35,971 bases of DNA from Nitrospinota bacterium (GCA_016200365.1 JACQEW010000070.1:1-35971); one strand, 5' to 3'. Shown: positions 14,388 to 25,853, counted from the first letter of the stretch. The notes: generated by a model from the sequence alone, not told the origin. A program made the numbers and translations.

Positions 14388-15740
14388 TTATAAACTCTCC
14401 TTAATCACATCCCTAACCTTCCCATCTATAAGGACCACACCATCCTGCTCAGCCGTCCATGCATAAATACCCGCTCCTTTCGTATCGGCATTACCTATAT
14501 GCAATTCATGGGGAGTCGCGATGCCATCTTCCCATATAAGAAGTTTTATAGGAGGGTGTTCCAGTCCATACTTTGCAAGGCTAAAGCCTTGCCCTACGAA
14601 TTCCTCTACCTTAAAACCCTTCATCTCCTTTAAAAACTCTTTTATCACATTAAAGTCAAAAACTTGTTCCTTCGGCTTCAGCATCTTCCATTCAAAATCA
14701 GGCGTCTTCACTACAATTATTTCTTTGTCAGGATATTTGACCTCTATCTTATTCACCTTCTCATCTTCCAAGAACATAATATACCTGTCCCTCAAATCCT
14801 CAGCATCCTCCGGTATGAGGTCTGCCAGCCCTTCCTCTATGAGAAATACATTATCTTTCCCCTCCAGCCTTGCATAATAGCCTCTCTTCTTTTTATCCCT
14901 GTCGCCTATAAAAATCGTCTCGGTCGCTTTATCGTCTCCGCTCAGCCATATCGAGAGCTTCTTTTTAAAAGGATTCAGACCATACTGCTTTAAATCTTTC
15001 GGCTCTTCTTCGATAAACTCCTTTATATCAGTCTCCTTGAATTTTGAGATCATCTCTATGATTTTAATCATATCCGCCCTTGACTTTATCGGAGACACTA
15101 TCCCCCATTTACCCTCCATCGGAAGCTCGCATTTTATCTTTTGTCCGTTATTAATTATCTCCACCTTATCCACCATAACAGGCTGGGTCTTGAATATTGT
15201 TTTATCCCTGAAATAGTAAAGCTCCTGGTCTGCCTGAGCTTTTGCATCTGCAAGCACCCTGTAGACCTTCGGACTCCCCTTTAATATCGCGAAGGCAACA
15301 CCCTTTGTAGGCGCCCTGTCCCCGAATATAAGGGTATAAGGTGTCATTGACTTTCCAACCTTGAGCGTAACTTCTAACTGCGGATTTATGAGACCGAATT
15401 CGGCAAGCCTTTCCTGTGAAGGATTTTCATCCATTACATAGTCTGCATCGCTTCTCGACTGCGTTATATAACCCAATGCCTTCTCCACCGCCCTGCCGTC
15501 AGCCTTTGCCTTGATAGGCTTTTCTACACGCCAGCCGTCCTCCCACCTCTGGAGGAGTATGGTCCTATCGCCTTTCTTCAGATCAAGCTCGACAACTTCT
15601 TCGGGTTTAAAGGGGAGCAGGCGGGCGGCTTCCTCTTTCTCCATCTCCTTTTTTTTTGTCGTCTTGACATCGAGATAGAAATATCCCGCAAGTGCAGATA
15701 ATATGATTATCCAGAGAAAGGTTTTTTTGAAATACTTCAT
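14388..15740 (-). CDS. DUF4340-like membrane-anchored protein, the usual partner of GldG-type ABC systems
   Basis: 450 aa with an N-terminal TM helix. The call rests on its position after a GldG-like gene and has not been checked with an HMM. Confidence 0.6.
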   Translation of the reverse strand: MKYFKKTFLWIIILSALAGYFYLDVKTTKKKEMEKEEAARLLPFKPEEVVELDLKKGDRTILLQRWEDGWRVEKPIKAKADGRAVEKALGYITQSRSDADYVMDENPSQERLAEFGLINPQLEVTLKVGKSMTPYTLIFGDRAPTKGVAFAILKGSPKVYRVLADAKAQADQELYYFRDKTIFKTQPVMVDKVEIINNGQKIKCELPMEGKWGIVSPIKSRADMIKIIEMISKFKETDIKEFIEEEPKDLKQYGLNPFKKKLSIWLSGDDKATETIFIGDRDKKKRGYYARLEGKDNVFLIEEGLADLIPEDAEDLRDRYIMFLEDEKVNKIEVKYPDKEIIVVKTPDFEWKMLKPKEQVFDFNVIKEFLKEMKGFKVEEFVGQGFSLAKYGLEHPPIKLLIWEDGIATPHELHIGNADTKGAGIYAWTAEQDGVVLIDGKVRDVIKESL

Positions 15741-15759
15741 TTCATCTATAAAAATAATG

Positions 15760-15868
15760 CTGTAAAAACCTTTTTTTGAACGACTTTTTATTTTTTCTTT
15801 TGTTCCTTTAACAGTTTTAAAAAGGGCAAAAGAAAAAATAACGGAAGTGAGAAAAAAGGTTTTTACAG
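15760..15868. repeat. Structured repeat, copy 2: a 17-bp perfect outer stem, with inner arms inverted relative to 6826-6932
   Basis: Outer arms CTGTAAAAACCTTTTTT and AAAAAAGGTTTTTACAG. Inner arms GAACGACTTTTTATTTTTTCTTTTGTTC and GCAAAAGAAAAAATAACGGAAGTGA. Confidence 0.8.
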
Positions 15869-15872
15869 CAAA

Positions 15873-17459
15873 CTACCTCATCCATCTTCTCCTGCTGTAT
15901 ATACCGATGACGGAGACAAGCACCAGGGAAGGCACGACAATAACTGGTATCCAGAATATCGCCCTGCCCTGAGCAACAGTAAGAACTACAGGTGTGTTTT
16001 TTACATCCCTTTTTCTGATAGATATGAGGTCAGCCTCTTCCGCAAGCCATCCTATGCTATTTAAAAACAACTCCCCGTTCCCTGCCAGATTAATATTTGT
16101 GTTATTTGCAAAATCGGAATCGCCAAAGGCTATTATTTTCCCGAGCCTTATCCTTCCCTCCTTAATCTTCCCCTCTGCATCAACCTCGATACCCGATGCG
16201 CCTTTAACAGGGACGGTAGTTACGGCAGCAACGGACAAGGGTCCCCTCTTCTCTTTCCCTTCATCATAAGAAACCTCGCCCTCCTCCAGTTCTTTCATAT
16301 CCTTTTCACCCCAGCTATTTGGTCCTGTCAGGGCAAGCTGATAGCGCCCTTTCTTTTTATCCTTTTCAATCTCCACTGTATTGGCAAGATAGAAATATGT
16401 GGCAAGATTGAAGTCCTGAGTTAAAGGATGATCCTTTTCATACTGATATACCACCGGGGTCAAATAATTCGCACCGTAGACACGGCTCTGCTTATCAATT
16501 ATTATATCATCGCCGACTTTGAAGCCGTAATCTTCAAGAAATTTTTTCACGGTAAGGGGATGTCCGGGATCAGTCATGAAGAGGAGGCTCCCCCCTTCTT
16601 CTGCATATTTTTTAAGCTTATCAATCTCGTCCTGAAGAAAATCCCTCTTTGACCCTGTTACAATAACAACAGAGGCATCCGACGGCACCCTCTCTTCATT
16701 CATGAGGAGGAGTTCCTTAACCTGATAATTCTCCTTTTCTATTGCGTCCTTTGCAGCCTTATAGCCTGTCTTCTGAATGCTCGCTATATCATTCTCCCCA
16801 TGCCCCTTTAGAAAATATACAGTCTTTACTACATTCCGTGTTACTTTGATAAGTGCATTTGTGAGCTTTTCTTCGCTCTCGAATGCCACCTTTTCCTGTC
16901 TCCCTCCTGAATAGAGCATAATAATCCTGTATTCCGATACGCCGTATTTGGTGGCAAGCCCGGGATTCCTGTCCGGGTCAATAAATTTATAGGTAAACTT
17001 CGGGATATTATATGAATATTCCTGCAGCAGGTCTTCTGCATTCTGCCTAAGCATTGCATGAAAAGTCTCTTCTTCGCTCCTGTAAAAGGCTACAGCCTTT
17101 ACATCATTCTTGAGTGATTTCAGTATCTTTACGGTCTGCTCCGACAGGGTATAACGGCCTGTTTTGGTAAGGTCAACCCTCTTTTTATGATTTACCGACA
17201 TGAAGCCGAGTAGAACAACAACACCGGCAAATATAATTATCATAACCGCCATATTGGCGCCATAACGGGTAGACCTTTTGAGCATCAGGTTTCTTATGTC
17301 GGAGAAGTTGACATAGAGGAAGAACAGCACAAGCAAAAGCCCTATCCATATAAGGAGGGCGGCAGTTATGCTCATAGACGCCTGTATGGCATACACAATA
17401 CCGCCGCCGAAAATCAGTATGAAACCAAGAATGCCGAGTATATAGGTAATAGTCTTCAT
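15873..17459 (-). CDS. GldG-like ABC transporter auxiliary protein
   Basis: N-terminal TM helices, a large extracytoplasmic domain and a C-terminal TM helix. It follows the ABC-2 permease. ATG at 17459 (MKTITYILG); the track start 17495 runs into the hairpin. Confidence 0.75.
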   Translation of the reverse strand: MKTITYILGILGFILIFGGGIVYAIQASMSITAALLIWIGLLLVLFFLYVNFSDIRNLMLKRSTRYGANMAVMIIIFAGVVVLLGFMSVNHKKRVDLTKTGRYTLSEQTVKILKSLKNDVKAVAFYRSEEETFHAMLRQNAEDLLQEYSYNIPKFTYKFIDPDRNPGLATKYGVSEYRIIMLYSGGRQEKVAFESEEKLTNALIKVTRNVVKTVYFLKGHGENDIASIQKTGYKAAKDAIEKENYQVKELLLMNEERVPSDASVVIVTGSKRDFLQDEIDKLKKYAEEGGSLLFMTDPGHPLTVKKFLEDYGFKVGDDIIIDKQSRVYGANYLTPVVYQYEKDHPLTQDFNLATYFYLANTVEIEKDKKKGRYQLALTGPNSWGEKDMKELEEGEVSYDEGKEKRGPLSVAAVTTVPVKGASGIEVDAEGKIKEGRIRLGKIIAFGDSDFANNTNINLAGNGELFLNSIGWLAEEADLISIRKRDVKNTPVVLTVAQGRAIFWIPVIVVPSLVLVSVIGIYSRRRWMR

Positions 17460-17468
17460 ATAAATAGA

Positions 17469-17540
17469 GCACCAGAGCACCAGAGCACCAGTCACCAGTA
17501 AAAAATATCTGGTGCCCTGGTGTCCTGATGCTCTGGTGAC
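17469..17540. repeat. Hairpin, CACCAGA family
   Basis: GCACCAGAGCACCAGAGCACCAGTCACCAG (17469-17498) faces CTGGTGCCCTGGTGTCCTGATGCTCTGGTGAC (17509-17540). Confidence 0.8.
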
Positions 17541-17547
17541 TTTGTTA

Positions 17548-18327
17548 TCACCCTCTCCACCTCTTTGACTCCAGTGTCCTCATGTTCAAGAAAATGCAGA
17601 ACAATATAAACAGGAAATAATACATTATATCTTCAGTATCGAGAACTCCCTTTGCAAAATTATAAAGATGAGGCATAAAGGATAGATATTTTAAGATACT
17701 CCCTACAGATTCGCCGGCAAAACCTGCAGAGTATCCCATCATAAAAAATATAAGCAGAGAGCCGAATGAGAGGACGGCAGCCACAATCTGATTCTCTGTA
17801 ATGGAAGATGCGAATATTCCCAGGGATATAAAGGCTGCGCCCATAAGAAAAAGTCCAACATAGCCGCTTACAATAACACCCATCTCCGGCTCACCGAATA
17901 TACCGATAAGGATAAAACAGGGCACTGTAAGAAGAATCATGATGGTAAATATACCCATACAGCCGGCAAACTTGCCCAGTATTACCTCGGAGTCTTTTAC
18001 AGGATAGGTGAGGAGCAGCTCTATTGTACCGCTCTTCTTTTCCTCTGAAAACATCCTCATTGTAAGCATCGGCAGCATGATAAGCATAAAGAGGCTTAAA
18101 TTGGAAAAGAGGGGTCTTACCACCATCTCGGTTATATTCAACTGGTTATACTGCCGTGCCAGCATGGGCTGGGTCATTACCTGAAAGCTCACGGTGCTGA
18201 AGGTGGCAAATAGGTTATAGAAAAAATAGCCCGACAGGACGAGAAATATGGTAATAACCACAAAGGCTATGGGTGAATTAAAATAGGAGCGAAGCTCTTT
18301 TAGAAATATAAGATAGAAGTTTCTCAT
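17548..18327 (-). CDS. ABC-2 type permease (GldF-like)
   Basis: Six predicted hydrophobic helices and a position next to the ABC ATPase. ATG at 18327; the track start 18339 is TTG. Confidence 0.8.
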   Translation of the reverse strand: MRNFYLIFLKELRSYFNSPIAFVVITIFLVLSGYFFYNLFATFSTVSFQVMTQPMLARQYNQLNITEMVVRPLFSNLSLFMLIMLPMLTMRMFSEEKKSGTIELLLTYPVKDSEVILGKFAGCMGIFTIMILLTVPCFILIGIFGEPEMGVIVSGYVGLFLMGAAFISLGIFASSITENQIVAAVLSFGSLLIFFMMGYSAGFAGESVGSILKYLSFMPHLYNFAKGVLDTEDIMYYFLFILFCIFLNMRTLESKRWRG

Positions 18328-18338
18328 TTCAATTTTCA

Positions 18339-18398
18339 ATTTACGATTTACGATTTTAGATTTTTTAAATTGTAAATCGTAAATTGTAAATCGTAAAT
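18339..18398. repeat. Hairpin, CGTAAAT family
   Basis: ATTTACGATTTACGATTTT faces GTAAATCGTAAATTGTAAATCGTAAAT. It lies between the ATPase stop and the permease start. Confidence 0.75.
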
Positions 18399-19346
18399 CT
18401 AATTAATCTTCTCCTCTGTCACAAGCTTAATGAATATATCCTCGAGGCTCATGCCTACAGGACGCATCTCATGGAGAGACCAGTTCTTTCTGACAATAAC
18501 AGGCGGTATATCCTTGCCTGCATCAACCATATCCTTTTTCAGCTCTATCAAATAGGCATTAATATTGTCTGCCCCGTTCTCTTTTACAGATACCCTCGAT
18601 ACGCCGTTTATTTTACCTACCTCTGACAATACCTCCTTCTCAGGTCCGCCGACCCTTATTAAAATCTGCTGGGACCTCTGGAGCTGGGCGGTAAGGTTCT
18701 GCGGCGTATCTACTGCTACCAGCCTGCCTTCATTTATTATTACGACCCTCTGGCATATCATACTGACTTCCGGAAGGATATGGGTGCTTAATATAACCGT
18801 CCTTCTCCCTCCGAGGCTCTTTATCAGGCTCCTTATCTCTATTATCTGCCTTGGGTCTAATCCAATAGTCGGCTCATCGAGGATAAGAACCTCAGGGTCA
18901 TTTATCAGTGCCTGCGCCAGTCCCACCCTCTGCCTGTAGCCCTTTGAAAGCTCTCCTATATATTTCTTTGAAACTGCATTCAGAGCGCAGTCATCCATTA
19001 CATGCGAGACCCTTCTTTTTACATCCCTCCTGTCAACCCCTTTAAGTCCTGCCACAAATTCAAGATACACGGGAACCTGCATATCGGTATAAAGAGGGAC
19101 ACTCTCAGGAAGATAGCCTATCCGCTTGCGAACCTCAAGAGAATCCTCAAAGACATCAAAACCTGCTATCTTAGCCTTTCCGCTTGTGGCTGGCATGAAA
19201 CAGGTAAGGATTCTCATAGTAGTTGTTTTGCCGGCACCGTTAGGACCTAAAAAACCGAGAACCTCACCCTTCTCCACGGTAAAGGTAACATCATTAATCC
19301 CTCTTGCATCGCCGTATTTTTTTGTAAGATTCTCTACTTCAATCAT
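18399..19346 (-). CDS. ABC transporter ATP-binding protein (GldA-like)
   Basis: Walker A GPNGAGKTT, signature LSKGYRQR, Walker B VLILDEPT. Confidence 0.9.
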   Translation of the reverse strand: MIEVENLTKKYGDARGINDVTFTVEKGEVLGFLGPNGAGKTTTMRILTCFMPATSGKAKIAGFDVFEDSLEVRKRIGYLPESVPLYTDMQVPVYLEFVAGLKGVDRRDVKRRVSHVMDDCALNAVSKKYIGELSKGYRQRVGLAQALINDPEVLILDEPTIGLDPRQIIEIRSLIKSLGGRRTVILSTHILPEVSMICQRVVIINEGRLVAVDTPQNLTAQLQRSQQILIRVGGPEKEVLSEVGKINGVSRVSVKENGADNINAYLIELKKDMVDAGKDIPPVIVRKNWSLHEMRPVGMSLEDIFIKLVTEEKIN

Positions 19347-19358
19347 AAAAAAATTTTA

Positions 19359-19664
19359 CCACAAAGGCACAAAGGACACAAAGAAAAGAAAGGAGAAAGG
19401 AGAAAATGGGAAAAAAATTATAAAATAGAACACGGATGACACGGATGAGACGGATTGACACAGATAAAATAAATAAAGTTGAGTTGTTAAGTAGTTAAAC
19501 TACTCAACCACTTACTACTCAACTTTGTTCTTAATCAGCGAGAATCCGTTTAAATCAGCGTCATCTGCGTTCTATTAAGTTTTTGCATTCTCCCTTTCAC
19601 TATTTCCCCATTTCTCCTTAATCCTTTTCTTTTATTTTCTTTGTGCTCTTTGTGTCTTTGTGGT
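19359..19664. repeat. About 305-bp four-layer concentric imperfect palindrome
   Basis: Layers, from outside in: CACAAAG-type, GGAGAAA-type, ACGGATG-type (GAACACGGATGACACGGATGAGACGGATT facing AATCCGTTTAAATCAGCGTCATCTGCGTTC) and GTTGAGT-type, with the apex near 19497. Confidence 0.8.
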
Positions 19665-19671
19665 GAAAGAT

Positions 19672-19762
19672 AATAAAAAAAGAACGACCACCTAAACAAC
19701 CCCCCTCACCCTTACCCTCTCACCTATGGAGAGAGGAAAGATGAGGGGAATCAGGTGGTCGT
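19672..19762 (-). terminator. Intrinsic terminator of the 19783..20907 cytochrome gene
   Basis: A 79-nt imperfect hairpin has a perfect outer 10 bp (ACGACCACCT 19684-19693 / AGGTGGTCGT 19753-19762). On the minus strand it is followed by TCTTTTTTTATT. Confidence 0.7.
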
Positions 19763-19782
19763 CTTAATTTTACAAACTATAC

Positions 19783-20907
19783 TTATTTCTTCACGGACGT
19801 CCTATACTCTACTTCATTATCACCGATTGCAGCTCCTGTATCCTTTGCGCTACCCTTTGTCTTTACACCGACCAGCTTGCTTGATGTTCTGCCGCCGCCG
19901 GGAGTATCATATCCGCCAACCAATCCGCCGCCTCTTCCTCCCATCGAGCCTTCAAGCTCAAGCTGCTCATTGGATTCTTTAAAATCCTTGCTGTCCTTTG
20001 CATTGGCTGCAGTAATTTTTCCTTCATCTGACTTTGCATCAAATGCCGGTTTTGCAAGGGATCGCATAAAGGCAACTACATTCCAGATATCCTGATCCTG
20101 AAGGACATTACCCCATGCAGGCATTGACTCTGAAAGGTTCCTTGCAGGACCTCCCCCTTTTATTACTGCAAAGAGCTCAAGATTGCTGATGTGATTCATA
20201 TATTTTCCATTTGTCTGGTTCCTTGGCCTTGGGTCTAACACTGATGCAGTCGGACCATCACCCTTTGCAAACCAGCCGTGGCAGTGCACACAATAAAAGC
20301 TGAACCAGTGGGCGCCCTGTGCCGGGTCTGCCCCTGCTACGGTCGTCTCTCCTGTGGCTGAATCGGGTCTTGTAAGTGAATTCCACCGATTTACCCACTC
20401 ATTATAATCACCGCCTAATTTTGATGCTCCTGTTGCCTTTCTCTGCCATACCTCTGTAACACCTGTCTCTTTTGCCCAGCCGGAACGGGCTTCGCCTACC
20501 CTTTTAAGATCAAGAGGAACTGCATATTTGGTCTTCCACCTCTCATTTATTTTTTTGGAAAGGGGGCTGGTCTTTCCAAGCTCTGTCTTATCCACATCGG
20601 TGGACTGAATCTTACCAACGCCTGTAAGATAATCAAACCCGGTAACACCATAAACGGATTTACCTGAGCCCTTCACACCGGTCTTAGTCTCAAAGGACTC
20701 GACATTCGCCTCATCTGCCTCTTTTCCATAACTTTCTCTTGCCTTTTTTAGCGCCTCATCTGTCTGATCCCCTTCCTTTTTTGCCTTTTCAAGATCTTCC
20801 TTTGAAATCTTTGCCGCAGATACCTTTGTTACAGATAGGGATGCGTCCAGAGAAAAACTGATTGCAAAAACCGCTATTAATAAAAATATCCATTTCCCTT
20901 TGTTCAT
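19783..20907 (-). CDS. Exported protein with a C-terminal class I cytochrome c domain
   Basis: Signal peptide; CVHCHGWFAKGDGP ... SMPAWG motif; Gly-rich tail; AGGAGG RBS. Confidence 0.85.
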   Translation of the reverse strand: MNKGKWIFLLIAVFAISFSLDASLSVTKVSAAKISKEDLEKAKKEGDQTDEALKKARESYGKEADEANVESFETKTGVKGSGKSVYGVTGFDYLTGVGKIQSTDVDKTELGKTSPLSKKINERWKTKYAVPLDLKRVGEARSGWAKETGVTEVWQRKATGASKLGGDYNEWVNRWNSLTRPDSATGETTVAGADPAQGAHWFSFYCVHCHGWFAKGDGPTASVLDPRPRNQTNGKYMNHISNLELFAVIKGGGPARNLSESMPAWGNVLQDQDIWNVVAFMRSLAKPAFDAKSDEGKITAANAKDSKDFKESNEQLELEGSMGGRGGGLVGGYDTPGGGRTSSKLVGVKTKGSAKDTGAAIGDNEVEYRTSVKK

Positions 20908-21069
20908 ATTTTATCCTCCTTTTTAAAAAATTCCCCCAACCTGACCAATCAACAAAAAAATAATACTAAACTTCACCTCCTTTCGGTTTAAATTTCAATG
21001 ATTCAACACCAGCACCCCTTACATAAAGACTTATGCACGGGCAAGATACAAGGGTATCTAAGAAATAAA

Positions 21070-21085
21070 TGCAATACTTATACCA
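21070..21085 (-). promoter_or_regulatory. Candidate sigma54 (-24/-12) promoter
   Basis: The minus strand reads TGGTATAAGTATTGCA, giving the GG and GC dinucleotides at canonical spacing. It lies about 160 nt upstream of the ATG at 20907 and downstream of a sigma54-activator gene. Confidence 0.45.
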
Positions 21086-21281
21086 TGAAGCCTATTTTCA
21101 GCGAATGACACTTACTCTTTGAAAATGCTGGAATACCTTGATTAACCTATTAATACAGTTATTCATTAAAACCGTTTAAGATTTAATATTATGTTTAGAT
21201 ATTTATATTTCGTTTTAACAAAATATTAAATGCTTCCTAATAAGGTGAAATCCTGCTGATAAAAACTAATGTTTAGTTTAT

Positions 21282-21304
21282 GGTGAAAAATGTCATTTTT
21301 CACC
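21282..21304. promoter_or_regulatory. Perfect 23-bp palindrome GGTGAAAAATG-T-CATTTTTCACC
   Basis: Read directly. It is about 200 bp upstream of the candidate -24 box and shares the core AAAAATGTCATTTTT with 30733-30757. Confidence 0.4.
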
Positions 21305-21339
21305 GCACACTAATTTTTACTACATAATTCTATAAAAAG

Positions 21340-22740
21340 TCAAGAGATTTTTCCCTGCGGTTTAATATCATATTTTTTTATCTTTCTCTCCAATCTCGGT
21401 CTGGTCAATCCGAGTATCTCGCATGTCCTTCCCTTATGCCAGTTGGTATAATTCAATGCCTTAATTATATGTATCTTTTCTACCTCATCCAATGAGCTGA
21501 TTTTTGTTTCATATTTATACACTTCATCGGATTCTGCAAACAGATTCTGCTCAACAGGCTTACTGATATCGCCCTTTAAAAACGCCGTAAAATGCTCCTC
21601 ACCGAGTCTGTCCTCTCTCGAAAGAAGCACAGCCCTTGTTATTACATTCTCAAGCTCCCTTACATTGCCAATCCACGGATGCTTTACTAAAAGCTCAAGC
21701 GACTTTCTGGATACCTTTCTCACATTTCTGTGAAGGTCGTTATTCACCTTATTAATTATATACTCTACCAGGAGGGGTATATCTTCCCTCCTTTCCCTTA
21801 ACGGAGGAACCTCTATGGTAACCACCTTCAGCCTGTAATAGAGGTCTTCCCTGAATTTACCCTGATTAACAAGGTCATCTAATTTTTTATTGGTGGCTGT
21901 TATAACCCTGACATTTGTCTTCAGCTTCTCCTTTCCCCCTACCCTTTCAAACTCCCTCTCCTGCAAAACCCTCAGCAGCTTCGCCTGGAGATTGAGGCTC
22001 ATCTCTCCTATCTCATCCATAAATATGGTGCCGTTATTGGCAAGGGTGAATTTTCCGTCTTTACGGTATACTGCACCTGTAAACGCCCCTTTTTCATGAC
22101 CGAAGAGCTCGCTTTCGAGAAGGGTTTCGACGATAGCCGAGCAATTTATGGAAATAAATGGATACTTCCTGTCTTTGCTGTTAAAATGTATCGCCTTGGC
22201 GATTAATTCCTTTCCTGTCCCGCTCTCCCCCTCGATTAATACTGTAGTCCTGCTCTGGGAAACAACGCCGATGGTCTTAAATATCTCCTTCATAACCTTA
22301 CTCTTTCCTATGATGTTGCCCTCGCCAACCGTAATCTTAGGTATTTCAATAACCTCATCTCTCCCCCCTGTCAGTATCTTAAGGCTGTTGACCGCATTGT
22401 CTATCGCCCTGTCAAGCTCATCTATGCTTATGGGTTTATGGATATACTCAAAGGCGCCCTCCTGCATTGCCTTTATAGTGGTCTCCATATCCTGAAAGGC
22501 GGTAATCATAATCACATATTTATCCTTGTCTATCGTCTTAATCTGCCTGAGAACCTCGATACCGTCTATATCAGGGAGTCTTATATCCAATATAACGACC
22601 TGCGGTATTTTTTCCGCGGCAAGACCTATACCGTCTCTCCCTGTATGGGCAAAGCTGACATCGTAGCCGTTTCTTTTTAAATGCAGCTCCAGTGTCTTGC
22701 AGATAGATTTGTCGTCATCTATTATAAGAATCTTGTTCAT
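21340..22740 (-). CDS. Sigma54-dependent response regulator (NtrC family: REC, AAA+, Fis-type HTH)
   Basis: ILIIDDD..DIRLPD (REC), GESGTGKE, GAFTGA, and the C-terminal HTH RTCEILGLTRPRLERKIKKY. ATG at 22740 (MNKILIIDDD); the track start is 22767. Confidence 0.9.
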   Translation of the reverse strand: MNKILIIDDDKSICKTLELHLKRNGYDVSFAHTGRDGIGLAAEKIPQVVILDIRLPDIDGIEVLRQIKTIDKDKYVIMITAFQDMETTIKAMQEGAFEYIHKPISIDELDRAIDNAVNSLKILTGGRDEVIEIPKITVGEGNIIGKSKVMKEIFKTIGVVSQSRTTVLIEGESGTGKELIAKAIHFNSKDRKYPFISINCSAIVETLLESELFGHEKGAFTGAVYRKDGKFTLANNGTIFMDEIGEMSLNLQAKLLRVLQEREFERVGGKEKLKTNVRVITATNKKLDDLVNQGKFREDLYYRLKVVTIEVPPLRERREDIPLLVEYIINKVNNDLHRNVRKVSRKSLELLVKHPWIGNVRELENVITRAVLLSREDRLGEEHFTAFLKGDISKPVEQNLFAESDEVYKYETKISSLDEVEKIHIIKALNYTNWHKGRTCEILGLTRPRLERKIKKYDIKPQGKIS

Positions 22741-22878
22741 ATCCTGAATCATATTTGCAATCTCCATACCAAAACCATTTTACAAAAAATCTTCCCTTTT
22801 GGGAATAAAAATAAATTATTATTTGTTTATTTATAAAAGGGTATATTATCCCTTTGTTTGCCTCCTTCCCCCAATGAC

Positions 22879-22908
22879 TGCTGCCCTTTCTAAAATGGAA
22901 GGGCAGCA
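22879..22908. promoter_or_regulatory. Inverted repeat TGCTGCCCTT-N10-AAGGGCAGCA in a divergent control region
   Basis: Perfect 10-bp arms lying about 45 bp upstream of the candidate -10 box of the plus-strand cluster. Confidence 0.35.
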
Positions 22909-22949
22909 GAAATAAAAACCTCTCCCATTTTATATTTTTTTAAGATTTC

Positions 22950-22958
22950 TGCTATAAT
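22950..22958 (+). promoter_or_regulatory. Extended -10 promoter element (TGcTATAAT)
   Basis: TG at 22950-22951 and TATAAT at 22953-22958, about 28 nt upstream of the ATG at 22986. The -35 is weak (TTATAT). Confidence 0.4.
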
Positions 22959-23508
22959 ACAAAAATCTAAGAGGAGGAAACCTTAATGAAAAAAACAGTT
23001 ATAATTTTCACAGGTATATTTTTGATGCTGATTCTGGGGGTTACGCTGGTTATAGCCGTCCCAAACAGCCTCAGCAGAAAAATAAGCGATGGTATAAAGG
23101 CGAGGGGCTATATGGAGTATTCGCCGGATGATGCAAAGAGGCTGGCAATGCAGATATGCACCCAATGCCATGACACCGAAAGGATCGCCAAATACTGCCA
23201 CAGATGCGGTCCCCCCTTTATAGCCGTAATTCCTCACATGAAGAAATTCATTGCGGATTATAAAATGAAAGATTCATATAAAGAGCTGTCGGATGTTACA
23301 GATTATCAGGCGGCTGCCATAATCCAGACATGGAATGCGCTGGTAGGAAACTGGGAGGCTGATTTCAGAAAGCAGGATCTGGTAAAGCTGATAGGAGACA
23401 ATAAGAGCCTGCTTGAGCTCCTTAACACCCCTATCGAAAAAAGAAAAATAGAATATGCCCTTAGAACGAGAGGAGATAAGGTAACAGGAGCATATCAAGC
23501 GGGACATC

Positions 23509-24186
<678 letters not shown>

Positions 24187-24234
24187 AAGTCTGTCTTCTG
24201 TCATCTGTCTTCTGTCATCTGTCTTCTGACTTTT

Positions 24235-24919
24235 ATGACTATTTTCGAGGCATATACAGGCGGACTTCATAATTTTTTTTCCATCTGGTTTTTCTGTCTA
24301 TTTCAGGTAACTCCCTTCTTCATAGCTTATCTCACAGGATTAACAATGATGGAGATAGGGGACAGAAATTGGAGACAGGGGGTGCCGGGAATATTGACCG
24401 GCAGTATACTATGCCTGATAGGATTCATGTCAGGATATATACTTCTTGGCTCAACATCTTTATCCATCAGCAGCACACTTTTTCGCTATTTATATGTTCT
24501 GAATCAGATGGGCGGCGTAATACTGCTCATAACAGGACTTTACTTTACAGGATTATTCCGTCTGCCCGAGCATACGGGAAATATGTACAGGAGACATATA
24601 GGACTTTTAACGGGACTCTCCTTTGCTTTTGCCTACCAGCCCTGCGTAACACCAACCTTAACCTCCATCTATAACATGACAAAAAATCCCGATACGGTGT
24701 CAAGAGGCACTCTCCTGCTCGGCTTTTATTCGCTCGGAATAGCCACAGCTTTTTTATCCGTTGGTCTTTTAATCTCAAGCCTGCTTTCTGCCGACAAAAT
24801 AAGAGGCATTAGAAGAATAATACGATATGTAAGCGGAGTGGTAATTATTATTATGTCAATCCTCATACTGGCAAACTGGATGACCATATATAAAAGTTAT
24901 CTGGTGGGGTGGGCGGTGC

Positions 24920-24930
<11 letters not shown>
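24235..24930 (+). CDS. ccdA: CcdA/DsbD-family thiol:disulfide electron-transfer membrane protein
   Basis: Six hydrophobic helices. Conserved Cys in TM1 (FFCLFQVTPFF) and in the PC..P box (YQPCVTPTL). Confidence 0.8.
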
Positions 24931-25774
<844 letters not shown>

Positions 25775-25853
25775 AAAATATTCACAATTAATCCTGTCAA
25801 GTTCTTAATTTTCTTTGTGTTCTTTGTGTCTTTGTGGTGAATTATGTTTTTAA

